64,000 nt of DNA. Source: Zancudomyces culisetae HAW-14-8. Its lineage: Eukaryota; Fungi; Kickxellomycota. Location of the stretch: contig JBNJNM010000007.1 in the NCBI GenBank assembly GCA_052426225.1, positions 496,001-560,000 of the forward strand, read 5' to 3'. The position numbers were made by a program, and so were the translations under genes. The notes under the pieces were generated by a model. It saw nothing but the letters and a program-made list of their open reading frames with translations. It ran no database searches and was not told the origin of the DNA. Shown here piece by piece: positions 28,860 through 40,583 of the stretch (position 1 is its first letter; each line of letters begins with the position of its first letter).

Positions 28860-30959
28860 CTAGTCAGTGCTAGATCCAATCAATCTGGGATTGGGGAATA
28901 TAAGCCTGAAAAAAGAGCTTACAAACGCTGCAGTATTATCGTTTAGTGATAAGGCATTTTTGGAAGGTTTAGAAAGCAGGTTTGAAATCTGAACCCTGCT
29001 AGAGCCTCCATACATATCTTTATCTTTATTCCGTGTTATAAATGTGTCCATCTTTTTGTACTTTTGAGTGTTGGATTTGTTATTGGAAAACAAGAAGTTT
29101 TCGTAAACATGTTCTATGATGATATTGTGTAGCGCTGAGTTGTCCAAAAAGCACAGGCTTTCTATAAAATCAACAGAGGTTGATGAATAATCCATGTAGT
29201 ACGTCAGCAGCATACACCTTAAGGCCACAGCAGGGCTTGATAAGAGGCAGCATACGTATCCTGTGGATGCTGGTGTACCAACAGTGAACCAAGGATTGAT
29301 GTCATTATCAGTTATTGCAGTGCTTAAAATGATGTTAGGCACCGATTCGACTATTTTGTTAGCTTCATGAATGCGCTCTTTGGTTGTGGTCAGATGGTTG
29401 AAATATTCGTGAAACATTCCCTTATTCTGCAGTTTTGGTTCTGTACTTGTGAGTAGTTGGAGTAAAAACTCTTTGCCTTCAACGACTTGACTGTAGTTAG
29501 GATGGTCTCTGACGGTTGCTGCGTTAAGCAATGGATACATAAGCCAGTGGACTATAATATAAATGTTTAGATCCATATGGGCTGCTGGAATGTTATTAAC
29601 ACCCCACCTAAGAATTCTAATTCCTTCTAAGGCATAATCGACACACAGCATTTTTGCTATTTGGACCCGCCATGGTTCATTAGCAAAATATGGTAAAAGT
29701 GAAATTTCGGTCAAGCATAGCTGGGTAGCTGCATTAAGCAAAACAACATGCAAATTCCACAACTGGAAAAGCAAACATTTAACAGAGGTCTCGTCAATCA
29801 AAAGAAAGTTTGCATTTTCACATAATTTAAGCTTTTGAAGTGTGTCAAATGTATACATTTTCAGCATCTTTGTAACCTTATTAACTTGTTTTGAAATCAC
29901 TGTATACTTATTAAAGTCGAGTTGATAATCCTTTTTGACAAAAGAACTTCTTTGGTTTCGGAAAGAAGTAGCTCTATTGTGTATAGCGAAAACTATGCAT
30001 TTTATCCTTGTAATATCTGTGTTTATTCTTCTACTTTCACTTGTTCTAATTAGCTCCTTATTTTCGACAGTTGCAAGTGGATTGGATCCCACGTGCATTA
30101 TTGCATTCCTCCATTCGTAATCATTTTGTGGAAGCCTATTTGCACTCTTACAGAGTCCCCCGTAGAATGTTTGTTTGAATATACCAAACAAGATACTGGT
30201 ACCTAGGTATGTCATCCAAAAGATTCTTCGCTTGAATTCCATTTCACTTTTACCCTGCTCGGACCGCCGGAATTTGAAGCTTGAACCAGCGTCTATCTTG
30301 TGTAATCCAAGCATGATACATGCATTATAGCACTTCATCGAATCTGCGTGTGTGGCATGGCTAAACCTGTTGCAATTTCTATACTCACACAAGGCTTGAC
30401 GACACCATATGTGATTCAACCGTGGCTTATGAAGTTTGTCATCAAGCGTTTTCCTTACATAGTTTGCCATTCTTTCTATCTTTTTGGCGTTTAGGCTCTT
30501 TGGAACTTTAGCAGCAGGCAAAGATTGTGAACCAAGAATTAATATCGTGTAAATCATGTACTTTGGAAGTCTTAGCTTTTTGATATTTGCAACTAAGATG
30601 GGTGTTCTAACTGGTATCATGAGGTTTGGCGATGTAAACGCACTAATATCTATTGCCTCTATCATGAAATCCACAAGCTTGACTAAATGGACTTTGAGGT
30701 CCTCATCATAGTATGCTTCATAGCTAAAATCTCCATTTTCTACAACTTTAAATAAAGCATGTTCGTATATATCTTCGTATACTTTATCAAAATCCCCCAT
30801 TTCATTGCCATTCGTAACCTTCAATCGTTTATTGTTGGCTATAATGGTGTGTATGTTCATAGCCTTGGTACCTATGCTAATAACAAGATTTCTAACCCTG
30901 TTTATGGTTATCATTCTGTTTTTTTTTATTATTGGTTTTTTCACTGGTACTTGGTTCAT
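28860..30959 (-). CDS. Fungal-specific transcription-factor (middle homology domain)-like protein, 699 aa, intronless; no Zn2Cys6 cluster visible
   Basis: CIMLGLHKID..EMEFKRRIFWMTY..RLPQNDYEW resembles the Fungal_trans/MHD signature. C-terminal VQISNLL resembles the ISxLL tail common in fungal TFs. Confidence 0.6.
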   Translation of the reverse strand: MNQVPVKKPIIKKNRMITINRVRNLVISIGTKAMNIHTIIANNKRLKVTNGNEMGDFDKVYEDIYEHALFKVVENGDFSYEAYYDEDLKVHLVKLVDFMIEAIDISAFTSPNLMIPVRTPILVANIKKLRLPKYMIYTILILGSQSLPAAKVPKSLNAKKIERMANYVRKTLDDKLHKPRLNHIWCRQALCEYRNCNRFSHATHADSMKCYNACIMLGLHKIDAGSSFKFRRSEQGKSEMEFKRRIFWMTYLGTSILFGIFKQTFYGGLCKSANRLPQNDYEWRNAIMHVGSNPLATVENKELIRTSESRRINTDITRIKCIVFAIHNRATSFRNQRSSFVKKDYQLDFNKYTVISKQVNKVTKMLKMYTFDTLQKLKLCENANFLLIDETSVKCLLFQLWNLHVVLLNAATQLCLTEISLLPYFANEPWRVQIAKMLCVDYALEGIRILRWGVNNIPAAHMDLNIYIIVHWLMYPLLNAATVRDHPNYSQVVEGKEFLLQLLTSTEPKLQNKGMFHEYFNHLTTTKERIHEANKIVESVPNIILSTAITDNDINPWFTVGTPASTGYVCCLLSSPAVALRCMLLTYYMDYSSTSVDFIESLCFLDNSALHNIIIEHVYENFLFSNNKSNTQKYKKMDTFITRNKDKDMYGGSSRVQISNLLSKPSKNALSLNDNTAAFVSSFFRLIFPNPRLIGSSTD

Positions 30960-33786
30960 TTTGAGTTTAACTATCGTGTTGTGTTGTGATGCTAATTGAT
31001 GTGTTATGTTGTGCTGCTAGCTCTGGATGGAGGGGGGAGGTGGTTGAACCTGGGATCTGTAGTTATTTTCTCTCTTTAGTGAATGAAATATCGATTTTTT
31101 CCGGCTAAGATGAGCCCTTAATTTCTTAACTTCTTTTTTTCTCCTAGAATTTTTTTTTTGGAAAAACACTATGCAGTGAGGGCAAAATTAAACGGGATAC
31201 ACTCACAAGTCTTTGATTTCTAGTCTATTTATGCCTTCGATAATGTGAAAGCCAAGACGAATGTTTCACTATCGTGGTGTTGTTAAATTTTTTCCTAGGA
31301 TGGAGGGGGTGGATCCACAATAAGTTGACGCGTGTTTACTTTTAATATTCGGGGTAAATTTAAGTTAAAAGGGTAAATTATATTTTTTGATTGTGGTTTC
31401 CCTAAAAGAATTTTTGTCTACGGATTATCTTACCCTTTATATTTAAAAAAAATCGAGCAAATCTTTTGAAAAGCGAAAAGTAATAAAATGTAAAAACGGC
31501 TTAATGTGGATTGAAACAAGCACGAACAATCAACAGCAATTTTCAAACACTTTTTTGATATTTAAACAATGCAATTAATCAAAAAAAAATTGTTTTTTAA
31601 TGCTTTTAAATTTCTTGTTTTTCAAGAGATGTATGGTATAATCATAAGGAACTTGGGATTTATCGAAAAAGTGATATAACATTTGTTATTAATCTATTCG
31701 TTAATTACTAAAAACCACAATAAGCAATCGTAAAAGGTTCATCGTGTATGAAGTATTACAAACCCATTAGTCATACAGACCTTTGCATTATTCATTGTGT
31801 CTAGAAAAAGCTATAACAAAGAAAAAAGTCGGCTAGCGAACTAAATCCTACCAATTTCCGAAGAGTAAAACTTTTGGTGGTAACAATTGTCAATCTTCCT
31901 ATGAAACACCTCCTTTACCGATAGAAAATATTCAGAAAAATGTGAAATTGGTTTCAGTCATTTTCCATTGGGGAAATTATCTTTGCCGATTTTTAGTCCA
32001 TCTCGGACTTGTGACGCTTTAGTAATTGCGATATTAAACTCGCATTTTTATATTATTTCATTTGCGGAAACCATCAAAGAAGCACATTTTTTCCGAGATG
32101 TATTATTTGCACAATATTTGTAATATTTCTAAAAATGGATAGCTGATTAGAAAAAAACGTTAAATTACTAGAAAACACAGTCATTTATTCTAGTTCACTC
32201 AATAAAACTATACTACCTGTACTATCGGCCATTTTATTTATAAACAACTAATTCATGTTCTTTGTAGATATCCTCTAATTAAAAAATAGTAGTTATATAA
32301 ACCGATAATTATTTTTAGTGGTGGGAAAAGCTTTATAAAATTTGATAGGAAAAGTTATTAATTGCAAAAGTAAAAGCTCACCAATTAAATCTAAAAAACC
32401 TTACCACTTCTTTGGTATTATTACACCTCCGTGTTGAAAAGACATTGGATAGATGGTGGGGTTATAATCGAAATTGGACCCATCTGGTACACCAAGTGTT
32501 TCCAAAAAAAAAAATAATTAACGCCATTCCACTTTCTTTCGGCTTCCCAAAAACTTCGTGCCTAGCAAACTTTGGTCCAGGACGGAAGGGGAGGAACGAG
32601 GGGAGATGGGGGAAGTTAAATTGTGTCTTTCGGCAATTAGCAGTGGGTGGAAAAATTCTGGCATGAATTCCAGTTGTGGAAGCCACCCTTTAATACAAAT
32701 TGGTTACTGAATCCTGAAAAATATCAAAAAGATAAAGCACCAAATTTTCTTCCAGCAGTTTCCTATAGCTTTACTGCAAAGAGCTTGATACTTGATACAC
32801 GTAATAGATAATAAAAAAAGTAACTAAAAAAACTGCAACACTGGTGATTACAGTGTTCCTGATATTGCCTAATATACCCCAGAATACTAAAATGATACAT
32901 TTTTTCTGTTATTATTCACAAATATAGGTATTTAGACACTCATTTCAAGCTATTCTGCTCTTTAACTTTTTAGTGGTCCAAAACTGGAGTCACAACTGAG
33001 CACGTTTATTGTCGTGTAACGTAGATGATTTACTCACCTAAAAAAAATTTTCGTTTTATCTTTACTATGGTAAAGTATTTGGTAAAGTGAAAAACGATTA
33101 CAAAAAAACATCATATACTAACTAAACAAACACGATCTTCTCCTTTCGGCCTCTTAAAATCTCCATATCCGAAAATCATAAGATCAAATAGAGTGGAACT
33201 TTACTGATTTTTTTCAATACTTGGTAACAAAGTAAAAAGGGTCTGATGATAATCCAGGTTGTGAAAATCTACCTGCTTTCTAACAAATAATTTTCAACTG
33301 TTTTTTTTCACCCTTTCTTACATGACGGATTCTTGGCTTTTCTGCTTTGGTTTTGTGAAACTCCCGAGTTTACCAAACTTCATGGTCGTCCAAAATCAAA
33401 ATTCCACTTTCTAGCAATGCATATACATGTATATATTTTTTTGATATTTCCTGCCTGAATAACCATCAGTCTCGACATGATCTGGTAATATAACAAGTTA
33501 GATGTCCTTATAACATAGTCGCTGAGGATTAGCCCCTGCCCCTTCTCACTACTTTACACAATCTAACTATCAACTCTTACTCGTGTACTCTCGTCCTTCC
33601 CTCATCGAAAATACACATACATTCTCTTCAGTCTAAAACCATGCACATTTCTCCCCCACCCAAGTAACCACAATATTGAACGCAAATTATAGAATAAAGA
33701 GTTCTTTAATATATAAATTTCATTTTGTATAAATGTATATAGAAAAAACAACACAAAGCTAAGCAGCTATAACAAAAATAAAACAT

Positions 33787-34851
33787 TTATTTAAGAGGAA
33801 TGAAACGAGATGAACTGGTGGCACCAATACCAGGACGACCGTGCTTTACAGGTTTGTAGGAGATTGAGAATTCAGCCAAGTAGTAACCAATCATCTCTGG
33901 CTTGATTTCAATCTGATTGAAAGTCTTTCCGTTGTACACACCAACAATGGATCCTACCATCTCGGGGATGATGATCATGTTTCTAAGATGGGTCTTTACA
34001 ACATCTGGCTTCTCACCTTCGACGGCTTCGCTCTTGGCCTTGCGCAACTTCTTGATCAAACCCATTGGCTTGCGCTTGATACCGCGGTTAAACTTTCTGC
34101 GGGCACGAGCGTGGAGGAGTGACATGAACTATAATGGTTTTTCAAACAAGTTTTAAAAGCAGCTCTTACGATATTTAAAGCAAAACAAGATGTTCATTCC
34201 TCATGGTTATACAAAGTTCATGGGTAAAGAAAAGCAGACAAATAATACTAACCTCTTCACTTGGCATATCCAAGAGTTGGTCGAGTTCAATACCTCTGTA
34301 TGAGAATTTACGGAAGGTTCTCTTCTTCTTTAGGTCAGTAGCGTCAGCCTATTTATATTATAGCGTGTATATTTAGTTTCCAATCCGATTAAAAAATGAT
34401 GAGTTTGTATATTTGTTCTATGTTCAAAGTATGGTTTTGCCCTTCTTTTTCCTCTCTGAATTGTAGATAGTTATGCCATTTCATGTAAAAGATAGGACTG
34501 GTTACGGGGCAACGATTTAAAAAAATATCTTTTAAAAAGAACAGGTAAAAACGGTTCGATGCGACAGAATAGTCCACACACTCCTGGGTTTTAATATTCG
34601 ACTAAAATTTGACACATACAAGTACCACTCAAACATAGAATCGTTAATAACCCTTAGCAATGTGTGTTGAATCCAATTTAAACCTGATCAATTCATTAAG
34701 TCAATAATTTGAATCCGTAAATTAAACCTGCAAAACAGTGCCCCATAGCCAGCCTTGAATCCAATTGATTTTCCTGATACCATAACCTTAGAATCGTCTT
34801 ATTATACTCTTTCCTAGTAACATATATTATGCGAAATTGATTACTTACCAT
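33787..34851 (-). CDS. RPS15: 40S ribosomal protein S15 (uS19), 146 aa, 3 exons (34851-34849 = ATG only, 34348-34253, 34128-33787)
   Basis: [77 protein letters not shown]. First donor is ATG|GTAAGT. Confidence 0.96.
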
Positions 34852-35691
34852 CTTGATATTACTCTTTGAATATTTGTTTTAATTCAGTAAGAATTATATA
34901 TTAAAGATTAAAAGAATCTTTATTCTCTATATTGTTTTTATTTTTCTTCCTGGAGTGTGATGGCGAATTTCAATAAACGTAAAATATAGCCATATTATTG
35001 GTCAGAAAATTTAGCAAATTTTTAGCATGCTGAAAAAAAATTTTTTTTCTATGTGTTTGGTAAAGCAAATGTAACGGAAAAAAACACGAGTAAGCCGCGC
35101 TTTGCCACTCAGATTATTTTTCCACTGCCAGTTTTTTCCCTGGGTTTGTGGGGGGGGGGGAGTAGAGAACGAGTATGAATTGGAGTTGCAGTTGTAGTTG
35201 TAGTTGTAACCACAAAGTTTAGAGATTGGAATTTCAAATAAAAGTCTCTATTGGCCTTAGCCCATGAATGCCTAAAAAGTGGGAGTTGAAACAAAAATGA
35301 AAACAGTAGAATGAGCTTGGAATAAATAAAAGGTGATAAATGTAAATAGTTCAAGAAAACAAAAAAAAAACAGAGCTTCAAGCCAGGTTCGGGATTAAAT
35401 ACCATTTTATGTTGAATTTACTCTCCAGATTGTAAAGGTGCGCGTCAGTATTTGCAAAAGAACGGCTATCCACTACAGCAAAGTGATTATCTTTTTTTTT
35501 GTTTTAAAAACCAAAAGACAGGTTCTGGGTAGGGAACAATAAAAGAAATACAAAACAGAAAAACAAGGATACAAAAGCTCGAAATTTGGAATTTTCTACC
35601 TTAGACACTCGTCAACAAAACACTCTATTTATTTTCTAATATAGATTTGTAAAGGGGAACAAAAGAAAAGAAAGAACACAAAGAAATAAAT

Positions 35692-36627
35692 ATGGGAGCC
35701 GCTACAAATCAACGAATACAAGAAGTATGGCAAGATAATTTGGAGGAGGAATTTGGAAAAATTCGCGAACTGTTGAGGGAATACAAACATATTTCAATGG
35801 ATACAGAATTTCCAGGGGTAGTGGCAAGACCTATAGGAAAGTTCGAATCCTCTTCGGATTACCATTACCAGCTGATGAGGAGCAATGTAGATATATTGAA
35901 GCTAATACAACTTGGGTTGACATTGAGTGACAGAGATGGAAACTTGCCCTCGGGTATATGCACTTGGCAATTTAATTTCAAGTTTTCACTGCTGGAGGAT
36001 ATGTATGCACAGGATTCGATAGATTTGTTAACAAACAGCGGAATTGATTTTTCGAAAAACGAAGAATATGGGATAGAAGTAGCGCACTTTGCAGAATTGT
36101 TGATAGAAAGCGGAATGGTGTTATTACCCGAGTGTTATTGGATTTCATATCATTCAGGATATGACTTTGGATATCTAATAAAAATATTAACAAATCAACA
36201 ATTACCCTCAAAAGAAGCCGAATTTTTTGAAATGCTGGATATATATTTTCCAAGGCTATATGATATAAAATATTTGATGAAGGGATGTAAAATTCATAAG
36301 AGCTCGGGGCTTGGAGGTATAAGTGGAGGTGGAGGAACTAACGGAGGTGGAAGCAATAGCGTCGGAGCAGGGGGGAGTGGAAGTGGAGGAGCAGGAGCAG
36401 GAGCAGGGGGAACAGGTGGCGGAGGGATGATGGGTATAGGCGGAGGTTTACAGGATATTGCCGAAGAATTGAATGTGGTGCGGATAGGTATGCAACACCA
36501 AGCAGGAAGTGATAGTCTGTTGACAGCAGCAACATTTTTCAAGCTTAGGGAAAGATATTTTGAAAACATTATTGACAATTCGAAATATTTAGGACATTTG
36601 TATGGGCTGGAAAAAAAGTATTATTAG
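35692..36627 (+). CDS. CAF1: CCR4-NOT deadenylase subunit Caf1/Pop2 (CNOT7/8), with a Gly-rich insertion
   Basis: SMDTEFPGVVARPIG, NVDILKLIQLGLT, WQFNFKF, HSGYDFGYL, YDIKYL, HQAGSDSLLT (DEDD nuclease). Confidence 0.95.
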   Translation: MGAATNQRIQEVWQDNLEEEFGKIRELLREYKHISMDTEFPGVVARPIGKFESSSDYHYQLMRSNVDILKLIQLGLTLSDRDGNLPSGICTWQFNFKFSLLEDMYAQDSIDLLTNSGIDFSKNEEYGIEVAHFAELLIESGMVLLPECYWISYHSGYDFGYLIKILTNQQLPSKEAEFFEMLDIYFPRLYDIKYLMKGCKIHKSSGLGGISGGGGTNGGGSNSVGAGGSGSGGAGAGAGGTGGGGMMGIGGGLQDIAEELNVVRIGMQHQAGSDSLLTAATFFKLRERYFENIIDNSKYLGHLYGLEKKYY

Positions 36628-36764
36628 TTTTTGTTTTTGTTTTTGTTTTGTATGTTTAAGCATTAAATAAACCAGATTAAAAAATTCTAGACAAGAGGTG
36701 GAGGAAAGGGAAATGGGAGGAAAAAAACAAAAGAAAAAAAAGAGCGGGGGGGGGGGGGAGAGAA

Positions 36765-39155
36765 CTAAACAAGCCTCAAAACACGATTTGCGGATACTGG
36801 TTTTTTAGATGAGTCTGTTTTGGATGTGGAACTGTTATTCGCACGGCTTGAACTTGGTCTAGAAAGTGCAGGAAACTCTTCAGCATTACGAGTTTGTTTT
36901 GGTACTGGTTGGGATGAAGATGGTTGCATCCACTGAGCCTTTGAAGGCAGGGTGGATTGTTTAGAGGTGTTTGCGTTTGTGTTTCCACTCCCAGTAGAGC
37001 CGTCAACACGGGTGGTGGTCTGAGTGGTAGTCTTTGCAGAAACTGATGGTTTAGGCTTAGGAGAAGACTTAGGAGGAGGAGCAACAATCTGAGTATATTG
37101 TGGCTTGTTTTTCGGTTTAGATTTTTTAGTGGAAGAAACACTCTGACTTTGATTTTGACTTTGGTTTTTACTTCCATTTACTTCACCTTTACTCAACAAT
37201 TTGGGTTTTCCTTTTCCAAAATCTAAAACAGCGGATTTAGAAGTTGATGGAGCCAAAGACGGAAACTCTTCTTCTCTACCAAGCCCGCGAGAACCAAGAT
37301 TCGTTCCACTGGTTGCCACCACAGCCGCCGATGACGGTAATGGCGAATTGAACTGCGATACCTTAACAGATTTGATGTTTCTGTTGGTGCCTTTGCCGGT
37401 TTGTTGGCGTGCTACAATGTTGCTAAAAGCAACAATCGCTGGTTTTTTAGAGTTTGCCGCTGAAGAAATTCCTGGTAAAGGCATTAGCGCCGGGAACTGA
37501 TTTTTTTTTATCTTACTGTTGTTTAAGGCTTCTCTTAACCCATCCTTTGTCTGTTCGTCAAAGCTCAGATTCAACAACTTCTTGACAAGTTGGCTCATAA
37601 TATTAAACCTTTCATTGTTGTTCTCATTTCCATGAATAATAGCTTCTTCCAAATTATCAATGTAATCTTGGCAGCTGATTTCATTGTTTTTCAGCTCGGC
37701 TGTAAACTTCTTAAATAATGCAATTTCCCCCTGGTTGTTTTCTGTCACACTAATTATATAGTCCATTACTTCGCTATGCGCCCTCAACTCTTCCTCACTA
37801 ACCTCTTCTATCGGCGTATTGCTGCTCGCTGGCTCTGAAAGCATTCCAAATCCCTCTGGCTTCCTACGCATCGCAAGCTCATTACCCTTGCCCCTCCCAT
37901 TGCCACGGCCCCGTTGGTTAGACTCATCATCTGCCCTAACATTTTTATCTCTGTTCTTTGATCTACTTGCTCCCCCCTGTTCTTCTGCTCGCTGTTGGTT
38001 GTAGCTGATGTCTATGTTGATCTTCTTGGACTCCCACTTAGCCTTTTGTCCGACTATATTCTGACCATGAACCTCGCGTTCGTGACTTTTGTAATCTATT
38101 TCATTTCCAAACACCACAAATTTTTGTTCCAAACATTCAGGATATCTACATGGATAATGTTTATCCTCAAAATGATCCAACAAGTCCCGATAATCTCGAT
38201 AATACACGTATCTATCTACATTATTTTGTAAACATATAAAACATTGTTCGTGTTTGTTTCTGCAGTGTTCGTAGAGCGCATCTTTATCATAGTACCATAA
38301 ATTACAAAAACCACAGTTTGGATGCCCTGTGAAGTCCTTCTGGTTTCCTTGCTTATAATGTCGATCCAGCTGATTTGAAAAAAACGTTTCCATTTCTATT
38401 GGAAATACCTTTTTGTTATTTAAACATATCGTACATAGTTCTCGACCGTGGGCTCCTCTTATGTGGTTTATTAATCCCTCCATTCCTTCCTTGTCCGTAT
38501 ATCTACACGTTTTCATCGGACAACTGAAGCCCAGCAGCCTTTTTCCATACTCATATGCTGCTCTCCCGACATATACAACCCCTATCCCATCCTCTGTTCT
38601 CTCTTCCTTATCCCCCTTTATCTGCACCTTATAATTTTCGAATTTCTCTAACCTTTTCGCTGTTATTATAACTTTGCTCTGTTCAACCTATTTGTTTATG
38701 TATCATTTAATTGTAGTTTTGGTCTACCCCTTTTACTCTGCCTATTGTAAAATAAACATTTCAAGAACAAACACTCAATTAAAAGTTGGCTTTGAATCGC
38801 AGCTTTTCGCATTAATTACCTTGCAAAATGGACACGCATTGTTTTTGAAAAGCGACCGTATTCTCAACACACATCTTATACAGTATACATGGTTGCATTT
38901 TCCTATTCCCCAAAACTTTTCTTCATTTGCACATATATGACACACTTTCTCTTCGCTTTCTGCCCATTTATCCTTCATTCGATCAGAAGCACTCATGCCA
39001 GACTTTTTACCCCCTCCCCCGGCTTTTGGTCCTCCACCGGAATCTGGGTTTCCTTTTTCACTGGTTTTGTTTTCTCTTTGCCTTCTTTGCTGTTGTTGTC
39101 CCATTCCTCGTTTTTTCTCCATATTTGGCTGATCCTTACTGTTTTCTTGCTCCAT
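36765..39155 (-). CDS. HEL2: E3 ubiquitin ligase Hel2/ZNF598 (ribosome quality control), 752 aa, 2 exons (39155-38820, 38687-36765)
   Basis: RING CHIC..CNHVYCIRCVLRIR..CPFCK, followed by C2H2-like fingers (FTGHPNCGFC..LYEHCRNKHEQCFIC; HFEDKHYPC..CLEQKFVVF) and repeated EEFP(S/A)L motifs. Confidence 0.9.
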
Positions 39156-40583
39156 TTTTCCGCGTTCCTTTATTCACCTTTATACTTTTGTATTATTTTT
39201 TTCTTAATTTGTGTTTTTTAAAGTAGTTTTCTCGCTTAATGCTCTCGTTTCAGATAAGAATTGTAAAACTCCTCCCTCTTTAACCTTTGCTGATTTCTCA
39301 CACACTCAAGGGTATTTATGTGTATTATCTTTTTTTCTATTTCACCGCTTTTATGTTATATTTTATTTGTACCCTTTAATTCGTAATCCCAGAATGAGAC
39401 AATCGAAAAAAAATTTTCAGTTCCATTTCCGTTGGGAATTCACGCAGCAAAAGAAAAAATTACCTGTACACATATATATAAAGAGTTGAAAAATCGGAAT
39501 TTATAAGCCAACTTTTAATTGTTTTGCCATTTTCTCGACCTTGATTTTTAATTATAAATCGTTTTAGATGCACTCGATTCTTTTTTTCAAGCTGCAGCAC
39601 ACAAAGTTAACCATTTTTGACATACTGGCAAACGTCCAAAGCGTGTCCCTGCGTGATAGCTTTTTGCCCTTTTGTTTTTGATAGGAAACAGTTCATCATT
39701 GTGGATTCTGTAATATGTGTTGTTAATAGCATAACCTCAATGTTACTTGTGGTAGCCTATCTTCTCATATGCTTTACTGAACAGGGAAATGGACAAAGTA
39801 GGTTTGCCCAAGCAAGAAAAATACTCGTATCTCTACTTGATGATCGCTGAAATACGTTTTATGTTAGAAATATTATTTTCTAGTTCAATTTCACAGTTTT
39901 GCACTTTAGCAGGGAAACAAATTAATTGGCTCTGCTAGAATATGAGGAGCTTCACGCTTTCTACAATGTATTCGGGAATATCTCGTAAGTGCTTACAGCT
40001 TTATATACACTTCGATTTCATTGCTGAGCCGTCTCGAGTATTATGCCTTTTAGCAAACCAGCACTTTAACAGTGGTCTATTAACACCATTAAAACTTGAA
40101 TATAAAATCTAGGATGTTGTGGATTTGATGGATTTGTTTTATTTAATTTTAATTTTAGCAGAGAAATAGAACAGTGAGCAGTGGCTGGACAACTCAAAAA
40201 GTAGCGAATTGTGGGAGAGGGGGTAATAGGGAAACTTGAAAGGCTAAAGAATCATCTTTTTTTTTTTGATTGATGCTGGTTATTTGAAATGCTTTGTTAA
40301 TATAATGTTTTTATGTTTATATGACCTGTATTCAAAAATATAGCACAAAACATACTATACCAAGAAAAAAGACATATTTTCACTGCCTTTTATATGGGAG
40401 TTGGCTACAGATAAACAGAATCTAAAGATGAGCAATTACTAACTCTTAAATTAATCACATAGAAAAAGTAAGCAGCAAAAAAACAAACAAAAGCATAAGC
40501 AAACTAAAATAGAAAAGAAAAAAAACAAAAACAAAAAAGAAAAGAAAGAAAAGGGTGTCATTTACACCAAAAGCACACAACTA

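Noticed and set aside
35842-35860. GTTCGAATCC resembling a tRNA T-loop
   Set aside because: Lies within the CAF1 coding sequence (KFESS) and no cloverleaf can be formed.
38688-38743. Upstream AG (38743-38742) as the HEL2 intron acceptor
   Set aside because: It introduces an in-frame TAA after two codons; the acceptor at 38689-38688 gives a continuous frame.
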